64,000 nucleotides of DNA from an uncultured Actinomycetes bacterium (lineage in GTDB: Bacteria; Actinomycetota; Thermoleophilia; RBG-16-64-13): NCBI GenBank assembly GCA_963841735.1, contig CAWJDT010000001.1:1568001-1632000 (forward strand), given 5' to 3'. Each line of letters begins with the position of its first letter. Position 1 is the first letter of the stretch. Shown piece by piece: positions 59,616 to 64,000 of this stretch. A model generated the notes under the pieces. The model did no database searches. It was given only the letters and a program-made list of their open reading frames with translations, and was not told the DNA's origin. The position numbers were made by a program, and so were the translations under genes.

Positions 59616-60809
59616 TCAAGCCACCGTCTCGCGGAACACCCGGGCCAGATTGCGGTAGCAGACCTTCTCCACCTGCTCGGGCGTCAGACCCGCCTTGACC
59701 AGAAGCTCGGTGATGCGGGGGTAGCCGGCCACGCCGTCGAGGCCGGCCGGCAGGTTGTCGACTCCGTCGAGATCGCCGCCCAGACCAACGGAGTCTTCGC
59801 CGCCCACGTTGATGGCGTGGCGCACGTGTTCGGCAACGAGCTTCAGAGGCGGCCGGGGGACTACTGCCTCGGCAGAGCCTGCGGCGCCGCTGGGGCGCGC
59901 CGCCTCCTCGAAGGGGGTCCCGGCGGCCACCGCTCGCCAGAAGGCCTGGCTGGCAGGGAGGTCTCGCGCGTAGTACTCGGCTGAGAGAAAAGCCGGCACG
60001 AGGCATATGCCCACCACGCCACCGCGTTCGCCGACGGATCGGATCATGTCGTCGGTGAGATTGCGCGGGTTGGGGCAGAGCGATCGGCAGTTGCTGTGGC
60101 TGGCCACAAAGGGCCGGGTGGCTACCCGGCAGATGTCGACAAAGGCCTGGTCGGATGCGTGGGAGACGTCTACCAGCACATGCTTCTCCTCACAAGCGGT
60201 CACCAGAGCGACTCCCTCGCCGGTTAGACCGCCGCCTTGGCCGGAGGCCGAACCACAGAAGGCGTTGTCGCCCCAAGCCAGAGTGAGGAGGCGCACGCCG
60301 GCCCGGTAGAAAAGCTCTAGGTTATCGACGTCGCCCAGCAGGGGGTCGGCGCTTTCTAGGCCGGCGATGACGGCGGTGCGCGGGTGGGTGCCCTTCACCC
60401 CGGGCGGCGCGTCCGGCACCGCGCCTGCGATCGGGGCCGCGCAGGCGTCGGCTATCTCCGTGCCGGTCAGCGCTAGGAACAAGTCGTCCGCATAGTCGAC
60501 GCACAGCCGGCGCACGGCGTCTACCTTACCCAGGCCCACTTCCATTTCGCGGCCCGGATACGCCGTGCTCCACACCCAACTGGCGAACACCTGGGCCCGT
60601 ACTCCCGCGGTTTGCAGCCCTGGTAGCGTGACATGCAGCGTGGAGTCCGGGGTGCTCGGCGTGGCTCCGGGCGAAGCGCCGTCCCGTGGCCCGCCGGCGG
60701 CGCCGCGCCGGGCGGCCGCTCCGTCGTCGGCGATAGCTCCCGTGACGAAGTCGGCCTTGCCCTCCCAGATCTTGCCTATGGTGTCGCAGTGAGCGTCGAA
60801 GAAGCGCAT
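59616..60809 (-). CDS. Membrane dipeptidase (M19) family
   Basis: DAHCDT, DVSH, ASHSN, RNLTDD, GGDLDG. Confidence 0.9.
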   Translation of the reverse strand: MRFFDAHCDTIGKIWEGKADFVTGAIADDGAAARRGAAGGPRDGASPGATPSTPDSTLHVTLPGLQTAGVRAQVFASWVWSTAYPGREMEVGLGKVDAVRRLCVDYADDLFLALTGTEIADACAAPIAGAVPDAPPGVKGTHPRTAVIAGLESADPLLGDVDNLELFYRAGVRLLTLAWGDNAFCGSASGQGGGLTGEGVALVTACEEKHVLVDVSHASDQAFVDICRVATRPFVASHSNCRSLCPNPRNLTDDMIRSVGERGGVVGICLVPAFLSAEYYARDLPASQAFWRAVAAGTPFEEAARPSGAAGSAEAVVPRPPLKLVAEHVRHAINVGGEDSVGLGGDLDGVDNLPAGLDGVAGYPRITELLVKAGLTPEQVEKVCYRNLARVFRETVA

Positions 60810-60897
60810 GACGGGTATGTCTCCGCCGGTGTCCCGGCCGTCTGGTGAAGCGGCCTGTTTTGCGCCCGAGTCTACCACCCGTCCTCTCCGGGAGCGA

Positions 60898-61020
60898 GGC
60901 ACCGAGTCGGCGGCCATTCGGCACCGACTCGGCGGCCATTCGGCCCCGACTCGGCTCCAAGCGCGGCACCAACTCCGGCACCAACTCCGGCACCAATCCC
61001 GGCGCCAACTCGGCGCCAAC
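60898..61020. repeat. Degenerate 11-12 bp tandem repeat (GGCACC(A/G)ACTC), about 11 units
   Basis: Intergenic, between the divergent dipeptidase gene and the leu leader. Confidence 0.8.
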
Positions 61021-61093
61021 CATTGCGTCGGGCCGGTCGCCCCGCCCGGCGTCTAAGTACCGTTTCCGCACCCCTCCTGCTAAACTCGGCTCC

Positions 61094-61207
61094 ATGGAGA
61101 GCAGAACAGGATTTCAGGCTTGTGGCGAAGTCGCCGGCGCGCTGCCGGTCACTGATGCTGCCCGCCTTGCTCTCGTTCTCGACCTCCTCCTGCTCCTCCC
61201 CGAATAG
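61094..61207 (+). promoter_or_regulatory. Leucine leader peptide / LEU-element-like attenuator of leuA
   Basis: 37-aa uORF ending LALVLDLLLLLPE. Leu-codon tract CCTCCTGCTC is complementary to the leuA SD region GAGCCAGGAGG. TGnTAAACT -10 lies 7 bp before the ATG. Confidence 0.8.
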
Positions 61208-61284
61208 GGGAGAAACATTCGCGAAGCCGGCGCTATCCGGCACATCAGCAGCCATGATTTCGTAAGAGCCAGGAGGCAGAGAGC

Positions 61285-63031
61285 ATGTCCACGACCAAAG
61301 CATCCGGATCCGGCGCCAAGTCCGACGGAACCCGCGGCACCGGGCCTGCCGGCGTCGCACCTGAGCGCTGCGCCACCCCGGGCGCATCACCCGCCCCCTC
61401 CGTGGGCGCCGTCGCGGGCGCCTCGGCTGGCGCCGCATCCGAGCCCTGCGCCGGCTCGGCCCCCGTCAGCCCGCGCCGCAACGCCGGCGTTCCCGTGGTC
61501 TTCTTCGACACCACCCTGCGCGACGGCGAGCAGTCGCCCGGCAGCAGCATGAACGCTTCCGAGAAGTTGGAGATCGCCCACCAGCTCGTCCGCCTGGGTG
61601 TCGATGTCATCGAGGCCGGTTTCCCGGCCAGCAGCCCCGGCGATTTCGCCGCCGTGCAGACCATCGCCCGCGAGGTCAAGGGCGCCGTCATCTGCGGTCT
61701 GGCCCGCTGCACCGAGAACGACATCCGCCAGTGCTGGGACGCCATCAAGGACGCCGAGCGCCCCCGCATACACACCTTCGTCTCGACCTCCGACATCCAC
61801 CTGCAGCACCAGATGCGCATGAGCCGCCCCGAGGTGGTGGAGCTGACCAAGAAGATGGTCGCCTTCTGCGTCTCGCTGTGTCCCGACGTGGAGTTCTCGG
61901 CCATGGATGCCACTCGCTCCGACGTGGACTTCCTGGCCGAAGTGCTGGCTGCCGCCGTCGCCGCACGGGGCTACGACCATCAACGTGCCCGACACGGTGG
62001 GCTACTCCATGCCTACCGAGTACGCGGAGCTCATGGACCAGCTCTACGACAAGGTGCCGGGTCTCGACAAGGTGGTGCTGAGCGCCCACTGCCACAACGA
62101 CCTGGGCGTTGGCTGTGGCCAACACTCTGGCCGCAGTGGAGCATGGGGCCACGCAGGTGGAGGTGGCCATCAACGGCATCGGCGAGCGGGCCGGCAACGC
62201 AGCTCTGGAAGAGGTGGCCATGGCTCTGGTCACCCGCAAGGATATCCTCCAGCGGCCCGTGCAACATCGTGACCACCGAGATCTCCCGCGCCAGCCGTAT
62301 GGTCTCGAGTTTCACCGGCCATCTGATCCAGGCGAACAAGGCGATCGTGGGTAAGAATGCTTTCGCTCACGAATCGGGCATCCACCAGGACGGGGTGCTG
62401 AAGGAACGCACCACCTACGAGATCATGCATGCCCGTGACATCGGTCTGACCGACAGCGACATCGTGCTGGGCAAGCACTCGGGCCGGCATGCGCTGCGGT
62501 CGCACCTGGCCGAACTAGGCATCCATCTGGAGGGAGCCGAGCTGGACGAGGTCTTCCACCGGTTCAAGGCCACCGCCGACCGCAAGAAGGAAGTCACCAC
62601 CGCCGACCTCGAAGCCCTGGTGGGCGAAGAGATGCGCCAGCGCGAAGACGTCTACGCCCTGGAACACGTGTACGTGTCGACAGGCACCGACATCATCTCG
62701 TCCAGCCAGGTGGGCGTGAGCAAGCAGGGCAAGACAGCACGCCGGCAAGGCCTTCTCGGGCGGCTCGGTGGAGTCGATCTTCCTGGCCATCGACGACGCG
62801 GTGGGGGTGAAGGGCAAGCTCATCGACTACCAGGTGCGCGCTATCACCTCGGGCAAGGACTCGCTGGGCGAGGTGCGCGTGGTGGTGGAGGTGGACGGCA
62901 AGCGCTATGCCGGTCAGGCCGTCTCCATCGACGTGCTGGAGGCTTCGGCCAAGGCCTATGTGCGGGCCCTCAACAACGTAGACATGGGTCGGGAGGCCGG
63001 GGGAGCCCGCGGCGACCGGCTGTATCTGTAA
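61285..63031 (+). CDS. leuA: 2-isopropylmalate synthase (several apparent frameshifts)
   Basis: [41 protein letters not shown], and a regulatory domain. Confidence 0.92.
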
Positions 63032-63045
63032 GACGGGGATAGGAC

Positions 63046-64000
63046 ATGGCGGACACGACCCGGGACTGGACCTTTCGCGGCTTGGCGGCGGCTCGAGCTG
63101 CCCGGCGGCGCCTGCCGCGTGGCCGACCTGGCCGCGCTGGCTCAAGCGACCGGGCGCGAGGTGGCCCGGCTGCCCTACTCCATCCGCGTACTGCTGGAGA
63201 ACGCACTGCGCCATTGCGGCCGGGGGTCGGTGCAGGAGAAGGACGTGCTGGCCCTGCTCGACTGGCAGCCGCGCGCCGCGGACGGTGCCACGGGTGGCGC
63301 GACCGGCGGCGCCGAGCTGGCCTTCATGCCCGGCCGGGTGCTGCTGCAGGACCTAACGGGGGTGCCCTGCGTGGTCGACCTGGCGGCCATGCGCTCGGCC
63401 GTCGCGCGGCGCGGGGGAGACCCAGCGACGGTAGACCCCAACGTGCCGGTGGACTTGGTTATCGATCACTCGCTGCAGGTGGACTACGCCGGCACGCCCG
63501 ACGCCTGCGAGCGCAACATGGAGCTGGAGATGCGCCGCAACGGCGAGCGCTACGGCCTGCTGCGCTGGGCCCAGGGCGAGTTCGCCAACCTGCGCATCGT
63601 GCCGCCGGGCACGGGTATCTGTCATCAGGTGAACCTGGAGTACCTGGCCGAGGTGGTGCGGCGCGACGCGGCGCGCCGGGCGGCGGCACGGCGGCGGTCG
63701 CGGCGGCTGCGACCGGCGAAGCCCCGTGGGCCTATCCCGACACCGTGATCGGCACCGACTCACACACCACCATGATCAACGGCTTGGGTGTGCTGGGCTG
63801 GGGGGTGGGCGGCATCGAGGCCGAGGCGGTCATGCTGGGCCAGCCCTACTTCATGCTGGTGCCGCAGGTGGTGGGGGTCGCGCCTCGTCGGGCCGTCTGG
63901 CGCCGCGGGCGACCGCTACCGACGTGGCGCTCACTCTCACCGAACTGCTGCGCGGCGTGGGAGTGGTGGGCCGTTTTGTGGAGTACTTCGGCCCCGGCGC
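63046..64000 (+). CDS. acnA: Aconitate hydratase A, 5' part (frameshifted)
   Basis: [58 protein letters not shown]. Confidence 0.92.
   Translation, partial: MADTTRDWTFRGLAAARAARRRLPRGRPGRAGSSDRARGGPAALLHPRTAGERTAPLRPGVGAGEGRAGPARLAAARRGRCHGWRDRRRRAGLHARPGAAAGPNGGALRGRPGGHALGRRAARGRPSDGRPQRAGGLGYRSLAAGGLRRHARRLRAQHGAGDAPQRRALRPAALGPGRVRQPAHRAAGHGYLSSGEPGVPGRGGAARRGAPGGGTAAVAAAATGEAPWAYPDTVIGTDSHTTMINGLGVLGWGVGGIEAEAVMLGQPYFMLVPQVVGVAPRRAVWRRGRPLPTWRSLSPNCCAAWEWWAVLWSTSAPA

Overview
High-GC window that looks actinobacterial (LexA boxes of the GAAC-N4-GTTC type, a LEU-element-like leuA leader). The many frameshifts in GC-rich genes suggest long-read errors. The backbone holds an SOS-controlled dnaE2, a TRAP transporter, a cbb3-type oxidase cluster, amtB-glnK, tatA, 2-hydroxyacyl-CoA dehydratase subunits, two CoA-transferase pairs, leuA and acnA. 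The main oddity is one architecture seen twice. A minus-strand host gene (dnaE2 at 1.3-14.8 kb; a NYN/LabA gene at 37-44 kb) is re-duplicated as diverged fragments or copies. Between the copies sit plus-strand cassettes of secreted enzymes plus lipoprotein or membrane partners, two of them with a clear promoter of their own. Two cassettes encode the same signal-peptide/DNRLRE-like scaffold with different C-terminal domains (clan-CD protease-like versus NPP1/Vps62-like); a third encodes an amidase_6-like protein. No integrase is visible. This suggests homology-anchored accretion of polymorphic effector cassettes at host-gene 3' ends, but a strain-chimeric assembly must be excluded. All family assignments come from motif recognition by eye, not database searches.
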